Origin: Longimicrobium sp. | GTDB taxonomy: Bacteria; Gemmatimonadota; Gemmatimonadetes; Longimicrobiales; Longimicrobiaceae | NCBI GenBank assembly: GCA_035691085.1 | Contig: DASSJS010000264.1 | Coordinates: 375 to 64,374 of the forward strand | Direction of reading: 5' to 3' | DNA: 64,000 nt | In this document: piece after piece, positions 17,622 through 25,074 of the stretch | Layout: each line of letters begins with the position of its first letter | How positions within the stretch are numbered: position 1 is the first letter of the stretch | Notes under the pieces: generated by a model | Databases searched by the model: none | What the model saw: the letters and a program-made list of their open reading frames with translations, nothing else | What the model was told of the DNA's origin: nothing | Program-made: the position numbers and the translations under genes

Positions 17622-20092
17622 GGCTCGTTCCCCAGGTAGCTGGCCAGGCGCAGCAGGTCGGCGAACACGCCGGCGGCGGTCACCTGCGGGCCGGCGCCGG
17701 GGCCCTGCACGATCAGCGGGTTGGGCGTGTACCGCCGCGTCTGGAACTGCACGATGTTGTCGGTCAGGTTGAGGCGGGCGAAGGGGTGCTGGGCCGGGTA
17801 GCCGCGGAGCCGCACGCTGGCGTTGCCATCGCGATCGACCACGCCCACGAAGCGGAGCCGCTCGCCGCGGGCGTGCGCGTCGCGGCAGAGCCGGGCGAAG
17901 GCATCGTCGTGGCCGCGCAGGTTGCAGAGGAAGTCGTCCACGCTGCCCCCCTCCAGCTCGGGCGGCACCAGCCCCTCCAGCTCCACGTCGGTCAGCTCCA
18001 GCCGCAGCCCCATCTCGCGGGCCAGGATGACGACCTTGCGGGCCACGTCGGCGCCGGACAGGTCGTCGCGCGGGTCGGGCTCGGTGAAGCCCTCGCGCCG
18101 CGCCTGCGCCACCAGCTCCGAGAAGGGGCGCTCGCCGTCGAAGGCGTTGAACAGGTAGCTGAGCGTGCCCGAGAGCACCCCCTCGATCCGCTCGACCTCG
18201 TCGCCCGTGGCGATCAGCTCGCGCAGCGTCTGGATGATGGGGAGGCCGGCGCCCACGGTGGTCTCGTACAGGTAGTGCGCGGCGGGGCGGCGGCCCAGGC
18301 GGCGCAGCTCGTCGTAGTACTCCAGCTCCAGCGTGCTGGCGCGCTTGTTGGGGGTGATCACGTGGATGCCGCGGCGCATCCACTCGCCGTAGCGGCGCGC
18401 CACCCCCTCGTCGGCCGTGCAGTCGATGAGCACCGTGTGCGGGAGGTGGTCGGCCTGCACGTGGTCCACGAAGGCGTCCAGGTCGAACGCATCCCCCGCC
18501 TCCATCGCCTGGCGCCACTCACCCAGGTGGATGCGCCGCCCGTCCAGCGCCATCCGGCTGCGCCCGGCGATGCCGCGCACGCGGATGTCCACGCCGCGCT
18601 CGTCGCGGATCGCCTCCACCCGCTCGGCCAGCTGGCCCAGCAGCGCCGAGCCCACGGTGCCCGGGCCGATGATCCCCACCGACAGCGTCTGGCGCGACAG
18701 GTACAGCCCCGAGTGCACGGCGCGCAAGGCACGCTCGCCCTGCGCCCCATCCACCACCACCGAGATGTTGCGCTCGGACGAGCCCTGCGCGATGGCGCGG
18801 ATGTTCACCCCCGCCCCGGCCAGCGCGCCGAAGAAGCGCGCCGCCACCCCCGGGTGCCCCGCCATCCCGTCGCCGACCACGGCGAGCAGGGTGCAGCCGG
18901 GGTCCACCTCGGCCGCCTGGATCAGCCCGTGGTGGCGCTCGGCGAAGAAGGCGGCGTCCACCGCGGCCCGCGCGGCCTGCGCCAGCCCGGCGGGGACCGC
19001 GAGGCAGATGGAGTGCTGCGAGCTCCCCTGGCTCACCATCAGCGCCTCCACCCCGGCTTCGCGCAGCGCGGCGAAGAGGCGCGCGGCGGTGCCGGGGACG
19101 TCGCCCATCCCCGGCCCTTCCAGGTTGAGCAGCGCCACGGCCTCGACCGAGGAGATCCCCTTCACCCCGCCCTGCGGCGCGCCCTCGGCGTCGATGCGGG
19201 TGCCCGGCGCGTCGGGGCGGAAGGTGTTGCGGATGTAGACGGGGATGCCGTGCTCCACGGCGGGGCGCATGGTGGCCGGGTGCACCACCTTGGCGCCGAA
19301 GTGGGCCAGCTCCATCGCCTCGCGGTAGCTGAGCCGGTCCAGCACCAGCGCGTCGGGGACCAGGCGGGGGTTGGCGCTCATCACCCCGTCCACGTCGGTC
19401 CAGATGTGGATCTCGGCCGCGCCCAGCAGCGCGCCGAAGATGGAGGCGGAGTAGTCGCTGCCGTTGCGGCCCAGTGTCGTGGGCACGCCCGCGGCGGTGG
19501 AGGCCACGAAGCCGGTGATCACCAGCGTTTCGGGGAGGCCGCCGCGCGCCTGCGCCCACGCGCGCATCCGCTCGTGCGACGCGGGCCAGTCGATGCGCAC
19601 GGCGCCCTCGCCCGGCTCGGCGACCAGCACCTCGCGCGCGTCGAGCCAGGCGCCGCCCGCGCCGCCGCCGGCCAGGTGCGCGGCCAGCAGGCGCGCGCTC
19701 CACACCTCGCCCAGCCCGGCCACCATGTCGGCAGCGCCGCGCGGGGAGTGGCGCACGATCCAGGCGGCGCGCAGCACGTCGTCCACGTCGGCGAACTCGC
19801 GCTCCATCGCCTCGCGCACGGCGGCCAGGGCGGGCCCTTCCAGCAGCTCGGCGGCGGTCTGCAGGTGGCGCTCGTGCAGGGCCGCCAGCTCGCGCCGGTA
19901 CGCGGCGTCGCGCGCGCCGGCCAGCTCCACCACGCGCACGAGCGCGTCGGTGACGCCCGACATGGCGGAGACGACCACGGCGCGGCGCGCCTCGGGGCGG
20001 CCCAGCACGATCCGCGCGACGGCGCGATAGCGCTCGGCGCTGGCCAGGCTGGTGCCGCCGAACTTGTGGACGACCAGCGACGGATCACTCAT
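17618..20092 (-). CDS. thrA: Bifunctional aspartokinase / homoserine dehydrogenase
   Basis: ORF 17618..20119, with MSDPSLVVHKFGGTSL (KFGGTS aspartokinase signature) as the plausible start at 20092. Central ACT region, then a C-terminal homoserine dehydrogenase with GPGTVGSALLGQL. Confidence 0.9.
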   Translation of the reverse strand: MSDPSLVVHKFGGTSLASAERYRAVARIVLGRPEARRAVVVSAMSGVTDALVRVVELAGARDAAYRRELAALHERHLQTAAELLEGPALAAVREAMEREFADVDDVLRAAWIVRHSPRGAADMVAGLGEVWSARLLAAHLAGGGAGGAWLDAREVLVAEPGEGAVRIDWPASHERMRAWAQARGGLPETLVITGFVASTAAGVPTTLGRNGSDYSASIFGALLGAAEIHIWTDVDGVMSANPRLVPDALVLDRLSYREAMELAHFGAKVVHPATMRPAVEHGIPVYIRNTFRPDAPGTRIDAEGAPQGGVKGISSVEAVALLNLEGPGMGDVPGTAARLFAALREAGVEALMVSQGSSQHSICLAVPAGLAQAARAAVDAAFFAERHHGLIQAAEVDPGCTLLAVVGDGMAGHPGVAARFFGALAGAGVNIRAIAQGSSERNISVVVDGAQGERALRAVHSGLYLSRQTLSVGIIGPGTVGSALLGQLAERVEAIRDERGVDIRVRGIAGRSRMALDGRRIHLGEWRQAMEAGDAFDLDAFVDHVQADHLPHTVLIDCTADEGVARRYGEWMRRGIHVITPNKRASTLELEYYDELRRLGRRPAAHYLYETTVGAGLPIIQTLRELIATGDEVERIEGVLSGTLSYLFNAFDGERPFSELVAQARREGFTEPDPRDDLSGADVARKVVILAREMGLRLELTDVELEGLVPPELEGGSVDDFLCNLRGHDDAFARLCRDAHARGERLRFVGVVDRDGNASVRLRGYPAQHPFARLNLTDNIVQFQTRRYTPNPLIVQGPGAGPQVTAAGVFADLLRLASYLGNEP

Positions 20093-20128
20093 TTTTTGTC
20101 GTGCTCCGGTGTGGATCAACGTGCGGGC

Positions 20129-20162
20129 GAAGAAAAGCGGCCCGGGATCGCTCTCGGGCCGC
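20129..20162 (-). terminator. Intrinsic terminator/attenuator hairpin in the thrA leader (GCGGCCCG-N10-CGGGCCGC + TTTTCTTC)
   Basis: On the minus strand an 8-bp GC stem is followed directly by a T-tract, 36 nt before the thrA ATG and after a Thr-codon leader ORF. Confidence 0.6.
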
Positions 20163-20191
20163 TCGCGTCTGCCGGTGTGGTCGCGCGCAGG

Positions 20192-20278
20192 CTACCGGCG
20201 CACACCTCTCCAGCCGCGGCCCGGGATGCGGGTGGTGGTGGCCGGGGTGCGGGGAGGGCGACGGGCGGCGTCGGTCAT
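20192..20278 (-). CDS. Candidate thr-operon leader peptide (28 aa, MTDAARRPPRTPATTTRIPGRGWRGVRR)
   Basis: C-terminal part of ORF 20192..20482, starting at its internal ATG. It has three consecutive ACC (Thr) codons plus further Thr and Ile codons, and sits just upstream of the terminator hairpin. Confidence 0.45.
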   Translation of the reverse strand: MTDAARRPPRTPATTTRIPGRGWRGVRR

Positions 20279-20522
20279 GGCTTCCAATCGATAACCCGGT
20301 TCGGGACCGAAGTCAAGCAGGCGGGTGCTCGTGGTGGCGCGTTCGGGGTGAATGGTTACTCCGCCGAGGCGAGCGGTTCGTCCATGTGGCCGGACGGTTC
20401 CGAAGGCTTGGAGGCGGGTCGCGCCAGAATGGCTCGCGAGGCCACCCCAACTCTTCTCCGCTGTCAGAAATCGCGCGTGCACGCGGGCTCACGGGGCGAA
20501 CGGGCGCGGACGCGGGATCACG

Positions 20523-20972
20523 TTAGCCGCGGCGCCAGTACTCGTGCCCTGCGGGATAGCGCCAGTGTGCCACGCCGCCCTTTCCCGAGCAGGTTCCGGG
20601 GCGGCTCCGGCTCTCGGAGAAACCGCCGTTCCTGCATAGGGCAGACTTCCCCTCGGGCCATACGGCAGGCGGACCAGAAAGGACGGTGACGTGTGCCGGT
20701 GCCGTGACGGCCGCCTCCGCCAGGTGTGAAACCCACGAGATGCCGTTGGGGAACGTGGTGCCGAGTGCCAAGGCTGCGGCGGCATATGCGCCCAGCCATC
20801 GGCGCGGCATCCGGGACCTGGGTGGCGCGGGACGGTTGGGCGGGGGAGGAGTGTTGATCACCGTCACGTGCACGTCACCCACGTGCATGTCGCGGCCGGC
20901 CACCTTTACGTCGTTGTTCGTCCCTGAAACGTTCACGGACCGCCGCGTGCCCGGCTCACCGTCTGCGCTCAT
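20523..20972 (-). CDS. Membrane-anchored DUF3761-like protein
   Basis: Internal ATG (MSADGE...) of ORF 20523..21083, with a TM segment (WLGAYAAAALALG). The C-terminal CRNGGFSESRSRPGTCSGKGGVAHW matches the DUF3761 pattern. Paralogous in architecture to 9643..10269. Confidence 0.6.
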   Translation of the reverse strand: MSADGEPGTRRSVNVSGTNNDVKVAGRDMHVGDVHVTVINTPPPPNRPAPPRSRMPRRWLGAYAAAALALGTTFPNGISWVSHLAEAAVTAPAHVTVLSGPPAVWPEGKSALCRNGGFSESRSRPGTCSGKGGVAHWRYPAGHEYWRRG

Positions 20973-21306
20973 GATGAGATCTTCACTTGTGGACAATGCG
21001 GAAATCGCTCCGCCCCGATCACGCCATCGGAGCCCCGACAGGTAAGCCCTGTTGGAGCCAAATTCGACGCATCGTGCGCACAAGTCAAGGAAAATCGATT
21101 GTTCGAATGCGCGTATTCTGCGTCACCTCCGGCACGATACGGATCGGCGTGACATTTCGATTCAAGATGCCGACGAATGCAATCGGCAGCGCCAGCGCGC
21201 GGCCGATGATCCTGCCACGAACTCCCCGCCAAGCCCCATAACGCCGCGCTCCACTCCGTTGATGAAGAATCGATCGTCATCCAGGCCTGAGCGTGGAGTT
21301 AAGTAT

Positions 21307-21341
21307 GGATCCTTCAGTCGCTTAGGCTCGTTCAGGATGAC
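21307..21341 (-). repeat. REP-D repeat (short copy)
   Basis: ggatccttcagtcgcttaggctcgttcaggatgac. Confidence 0.6.
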
Positions 21342-21617
21342 AGCGTAGAGTACTCTCCGAACCAACGGGCCACCTGGATTTGAGATGAGATCGCAAACCG
21401 CATTTCAACACAAGGGACGACAAGGGACACGAAATCCGACTTGCCCGGGTCATCCGGCAAGGGAATGGTTACAGTGTTCCCGGTTGCGCCGATCCTGCTA
21501 CCAGCATATGTTTGTCGCTGCGGAGGATCTTTTGGGACATCGAAGGTAAACGTTACGCGCGTCATGGCAGCCTCCGCGACGGTCGGACGCGCGAAATCCA
21601 AGGGGAAGGGTAGTACC

Positions 21618-21794
21618 ATGAAGAAGATCACGCTGAACGTCGACGCCCTCGAAGTCACCACCTTCGAGACCGCCCAGGTCGAGCTCCAGGCGGGCACCGT
21701 CGAGGCGTTCCTTGGCACCAAGGCCCAGCAGTACACCTGCGACCCGCTCGTGGGCACCTGCTTCGGCTACACCTGCGCCGGCGCCGGCTGCTGA
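21618..21794 (+). CDS. RiPP-precursor-like peptide P1 (58 aa, 4 Cys)
   Basis: Internal ATG of ORF 21441..21794 with AAGGGG upstream. MKKITLNVDALEVTTFETAQVELQAGTVEA is followed by FLGTKAQQYTCDPLVGTCFGYTCAGAGC. The leader is shared with the 37902 and 46357 peptides, and a terminator follows. Confidence 0.6.
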   Translation: MKKITLNVDALEVTTFETAQVELQAGTVEAFLGTKAQQYTCDPLVGTCFGYTCAGAGC

Positions 21795-21824
21795 GCCACT
21801 GCCGGACCGTGAAGTAACCACGAA

Positions 21825-21858
21825 GCGGGCGCCGGGGACGAAAGTCTCCGGCGCCCGC
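21825..21858 (+). terminator. Hairpin terminator (gcgggcgccgg-N12-ccggcgcccgc + ctgtttcc)
   Basis: 11-bp perfect stem 30 nt after the P1 stop, followed by a T-containing tail. Confidence 0.65.
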
Positions 21859-21891
21859 CGCTGTTTCCGCGCGTTTGGTGGACAGGCCCCC

Positions 21892-21949
21892 CACCGGCGG
21901 CTGAAGCCGCAGCAACAACTACGAAAAGCCTCGCAAACTGCGCGAGGCT
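21892..21949 (+). repeat. REP-A copy
   Basis: caccggcggctgaagccgcagcaacaactacgaaaagcctcgcaaactgcgcgaggct. Confidence 0.85.
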
Positions 21950-22031
21950 TCACCAGCCCGGTGGCGGCATCGCGGCTCGATCCGCCACGAGGTCTCCACT
22001 TCGCCTTTCATCTCCGCGTCGACTCGGGAAA

Positions 22032-23414
22032 TCAGCCGTCCCCGTCGGCCGTGGCGGGGAGGACGAGGAGCGCCCGGGCGCCGCGGGCATCGGGGCGGTT
22101 CTCCAGCGAGAGCGTGCCGCCGTGTGCCTCGGCGATCTGCCGCGAGAGGGCCAGGCCGATGCCGGTGCCCTGCGGCTTGGTGGTGAAGAAGGGGACGAAG
22201 AGGTTGGCGCTCTCGGGAACGCCGGGGCCGTCGTCTTCCACCCACAGCACCAGCGGTCCGTTGTCGCGGCTCCACCCCACGCGCACGCCGCCGCCGGTCT
22301 CCAGCGCCGCGTCGGCGGCGTTGCGGAGCAGGTTGATCAGCAGCTGGTCGAGCTGGTCGGGGTCGGCGTGGATGGTGGCGTCGCCGCTGGAGACGACCTC
22401 CACTGCGAGCCGCGTCTCCAGCGCCGCCGTCCGCCGCACCCAGGCGGCGACGTCCACCGGCGCGGGCTCGGGGGGCGGAAGGCGGGCCATGCGGGCGTAT
22501 GCGGCCATGAACCGCCCCAGCGCCTCGGAGCGGGTGCCGATCACGCCCAGGCCGCTGCGCAGGTCGTCGTCCAGGTCGGCCGGGCGGGGATCGGCGTCCA
22601 CCAGGCCGCGCAGGGTGCCGGCGATGGAGTGGATCGGCGCCAGCGAGTTGTTGATCTCGTGGCTCAGCACGCGGATCAGCCGTTCCCACGCCTGGTGCTC
22701 TTCCTCGCGCAGCACGCGGCTCACGTTGCCGATCACCAGCAGCTCGTGCGGCCGCCCCTCGAGCCGGAAGTGCGCGCGCCGCACCTGCCAGCGCCCCCCG
22801 CCGCCCGGAAAGGCGTGGCGCAGCGTGCCGCCGGGCTCCACCGCCAGGGTGGGGGCCAGCCCCGCCTCGCTCGCGGGGCGGCCCAGCAGGCGCGCGGCGG
22901 GGGTGTCCAGCAGCCGCTCGCCGGCGCGGTTCACCAGGCGCAGCCGCCCTTCTCCATCCAGCGCGAACACGGCCACGTCGATCTCTTCCATCACCCGCCG
23001 CAGCAGGGTGGTGGCCTCGAAGGCGCGGATGCGCTGGTCCTGCAGCATCCCGGCGAGCGCGTTCACCTCCAGGAAGGCCAGCCCCATCGCGTCTCCGCTC
23101 TCCACCTGCTGGGCCCGCAGCGAAAAATCACCCTCTCGAAGCGCGGAAAGGAGGTTGGAAAGGAGCTGCACCGGGCGGATCACCGTCTCGCGCAGGGCCA
23201 GCGCCGACACCACCCATCCAACCAGGAGGAAGAGGGCGAGCGTCCAGCGCACCTTGGGGGTGTAGTCGCCAGTCCACACCAGCGCCAGCGCCACGCCGGT
23301 GCCCAGCGCGCCGGTCAAAAAGGAGAGATGGAGCACACGCCGCTCGAACGAGCGGCCCCGTCTCCGGCGCGCGCCCCGGGGCGTCATCGGCGGGCCGGGA
23401 TCGCCGGACCGCAC
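22032..23414 (-). CDS. Sensor histidine kinase (TM-HAMP-PAS-HisKA-HATPase; NtrY/AtoS-like)
   Basis: 460-aa ORF with two TM segments. H-box VLSHEINNSLAPI. The N/G boxes are in the C-terminus (LLINLLRNAADA, DDGPGVP, GTGIGLALS). The start may instead be the ATG at 23387. Confidence 0.85.
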   Translation of the reverse strand: MRSGDPGPPMTPRGARRRRGRSFERRVLHLSFLTGALGTGVALALVWTGDYTPKVRWTLALFLLVGWVVSALALRETVIRPVQLLSNLLSALREGDFSLRAQQVESGDAMGLAFLEVNALAGMLQDQRIRAFEATTLLRRVMEEIDVAVFALDGEGRLRLVNRAGERLLDTPAARLLGRPASEAGLAPTLAVEPGGTLRHAFPGGGGRWQVRRAHFRLEGRPHELLVIGNVSRVLREEEHQAWERLIRVLSHEINNSLAPIHSIAGTLRGLVDADPRPADLDDDLRSGLGVIGTRSEALGRFMAAYARMARLPPPEPAPVDVAAWVRRTAALETRLAVEVVSSGDATIHADPDQLDQLLINLLRNAADAALETGGGVRVGWSRDNGPLVLWVEDDGPGVPESANLFVPFFTTKPQGTGIGLALSRQIAEAHGGTLSLENRPDARGARALLVLPATADGDG

Positions 23415-23550
23415 ACCGTCCCCGGTGAAGCCAGGGCGAATGAATTCGCCGCAACGATCACACGAAGGCCGCCTTCGCGGACTACCGGTTTCGGCGCGGA
23501 CGCGGATCCGGCGCGCGGGAGGGGCGCCGTGAGTGGATGCGACGGCGCGC

Positions 23551-24918
23551 TCACAGGCCGTACCGCTGCAGGCGGCGGTAGAGGGCGCTGCGGGAGAGGC
23601 CCAGCGCCTCGGCGGCCTGGCTCACGTTGCCGCCGTGGCGCTCCAGCGCCTTGCGGATCAGCAGGCGCTCCACGTCTTCCAGCGGCAGCTCGTCGAGGGT
23701 GGGCGCCGCGGTGGCGCGGCGGGAGCGGAGCGCCAGGTCCTCGGCGCCGATCTCGGTGCCGCCGGCCAGCAGCACCGCGCGCTCGATGGTGTGCTGCAGC
23801 TCGCGCACGTTGCCGGGCCAGGCGTAGTCGAGCAGCGCGCGCATGGCCTCGGCGTCGAAGCCGGTGAGCGGCTTGCGGTAGCGCGCGGCCTGGCGATGGA
23901 GGAAGTGCAGCGCCAGCGGGGGGATGTCTTCCCTGCGCTCGCGCAGCGGCGGCAGGTGGATCTCCACCGTGTTGAGGCGAAAGAGGAGGTCTTCGCGGAA
24001 GCGCCCCTCGGCCACCGCGGCCGCAAGGTCGAGGTTGGTGGCCGACAGCACGCGCACGTCCACCGTGCGGGTCCGCGACGAGCCCACGCGCTGGAACTCG
24101 CCGGTCTGCAGCACCCGCAGCAACTTGGACTGCTGCTCGGGCGGCATGGTGCCGATCTCGTCGAGGAAGAGCGTGCCGCCGTCGGCCAGCTCGAAGGCGC
24201 CCGCGCGGTCGGCGCGCGCGTCGGTGAAGGCACCCTTCACGTGGCCGAAGAGCTCGCTCTCGAACACGCCCTCGGCGATGGCGCCGGCGTTGACCGTCAC
24301 CAGCGGGCGCTGCGCGCGGGGGGACGATGCGTGGAGCCAGCGCGCCACCACGTCCTTCCCCGTCCCGTGCTCCCCCGTGATCAGCACGTGCGCGTCGGAA
24401 GGCCCGATGCGCTCCATCAGGTGCAGCACGGGGCGCATGGCGCGGCTCTCGGCGATCATGTCGGGATAGCCGTCGCGCCGCAGCCGGCGGTCCTCCTGCT
24501 CCAGCCGCTGCGTTTGCCGCAGCGCGCGCCCCAGCTCCACCTGCGCCTGCAGCGTGGCCAGGAGCCGCGCGTTGTCCCACGGCTTGGTCACGTAGTCGCG
24601 CGCGCCGCGGCGCATGGCCTCCACCGCGCCCTCCACGCTCCCCCAGGCGGTCATCACGACCACGGGGAGGGTCGCGTCTGCCGCCTGAAGCGAGGGGAGC
24701 AGGTCCAGCCCCTCGCGGCCGCTGGTGGTGTCGCGGGTGTAGTTCAGGTCCATCAGCACCAGGTCCAGGTCCTGGTCGCGCGCGGCGGCCAGCACCCCGG
24801 CGGGCGACGAGGCGGTGGCGATCTGGAACCCGGCGCCCTTCAGCAGCAGCCGCAGCGCCTCGAGCACGTCGGGCTGGTCGTCGGCGATCAGGATACGGGG
24901 CGGGGCTGCGTTCGGCAT
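23551..24918 (-). CDS. Sigma-54-dependent Fis-family response regulator (NtrC/AtoC-like)
   Basis: 455-aa ORF. It has a receiver domain (ILIADDQPDV...DLVLMDL), an AAA+ EBP core (ITGEHGTGKD, ESELFGHVKGAFTDA, a GAFTGA variant) and a C-terminal Fis HTH (NVSQAAEALGLSRSALYRRL). Confidence 0.9.
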   Translation of the reverse strand: MPNAAPPRILIADDQPDVLEALRLLLKGAGFQIATASSPAGVLAAARDQDLDLVLMDLNYTRDTTSGREGLDLLPSLQAADATLPVVVMTAWGSVEGAVEAMRRGARDYVTKPWDNARLLATLQAQVELGRALRQTQRLEQEDRRLRRDGYPDMIAESRAMRPVLHLMERIGPSDAHVLITGEHGTGKDVVARWLHASSPRAQRPLVTVNAGAIAEGVFESELFGHVKGAFTDARADRAGAFELADGGTLFLDEIGTMPPEQQSKLLRVLQTGEFQRVGSSRTRTVDVRVLSATNLDLAAAVAEGRFREDLLFRLNTVEIHLPPLRERREDIPPLALHFLHRQAARYRKPLTGFDAEAMRALLDYAWPGNVRELQHTIERAVLLAGGTEIGAEDLALRSRRATAAPTLDELPLEDVERLLIRKALERHGGNVSQAAEALGLSRSALYRRLQRYGL

Positions 24919-25074
24919 GGCTTCAGGATGGGCTCGGCGGACGGGATCGGCAACGTCTTCTTGGTGCGACGGGGATGCTGCGTGCCTTGGAAAGACTCAA
25001 CGGCAACTGCATGAACCCATGCGGAGCCATTCTCGCCACGGTCTGGGTCGAAGCGCGCATGGGAGCGCCGGCCC

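Noticed and set aside
20285-20316. TTGACT-N17-TATCGA as the thr-operon promoter.
   Set aside because: I did not annotate it as a feature. The -10 would lie only about 10 nt from the leader-peptide ATG and would overlap its putative GGAAG RBS, so promoter and RBS assignments conflict. It needs TSS data.
17786-20689. 967-aa plus-strand ORF antisense to thrA. Similar giants are 25597..27540(+), 27838..30468(+), 27842..30277(-), 53071..54210(+), 59209..61983(+) and 60320..62221(-).
   Set aside because: These are antisense or alternative-frame shadows of well-supported genes (thrA, the ADOP permeases, purL, purC and the lipoprotein). They have low-complexity Arg/Gly/His/Ala-rich translations and no motifs.
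21332-21757. 141-aa minus-strand ORF antisense to peptide P1.
   Set aside because: It has no RBS or motif and overlaps the better-supported P1 gene, which has an RBS, a conserved leader family and a terminator.
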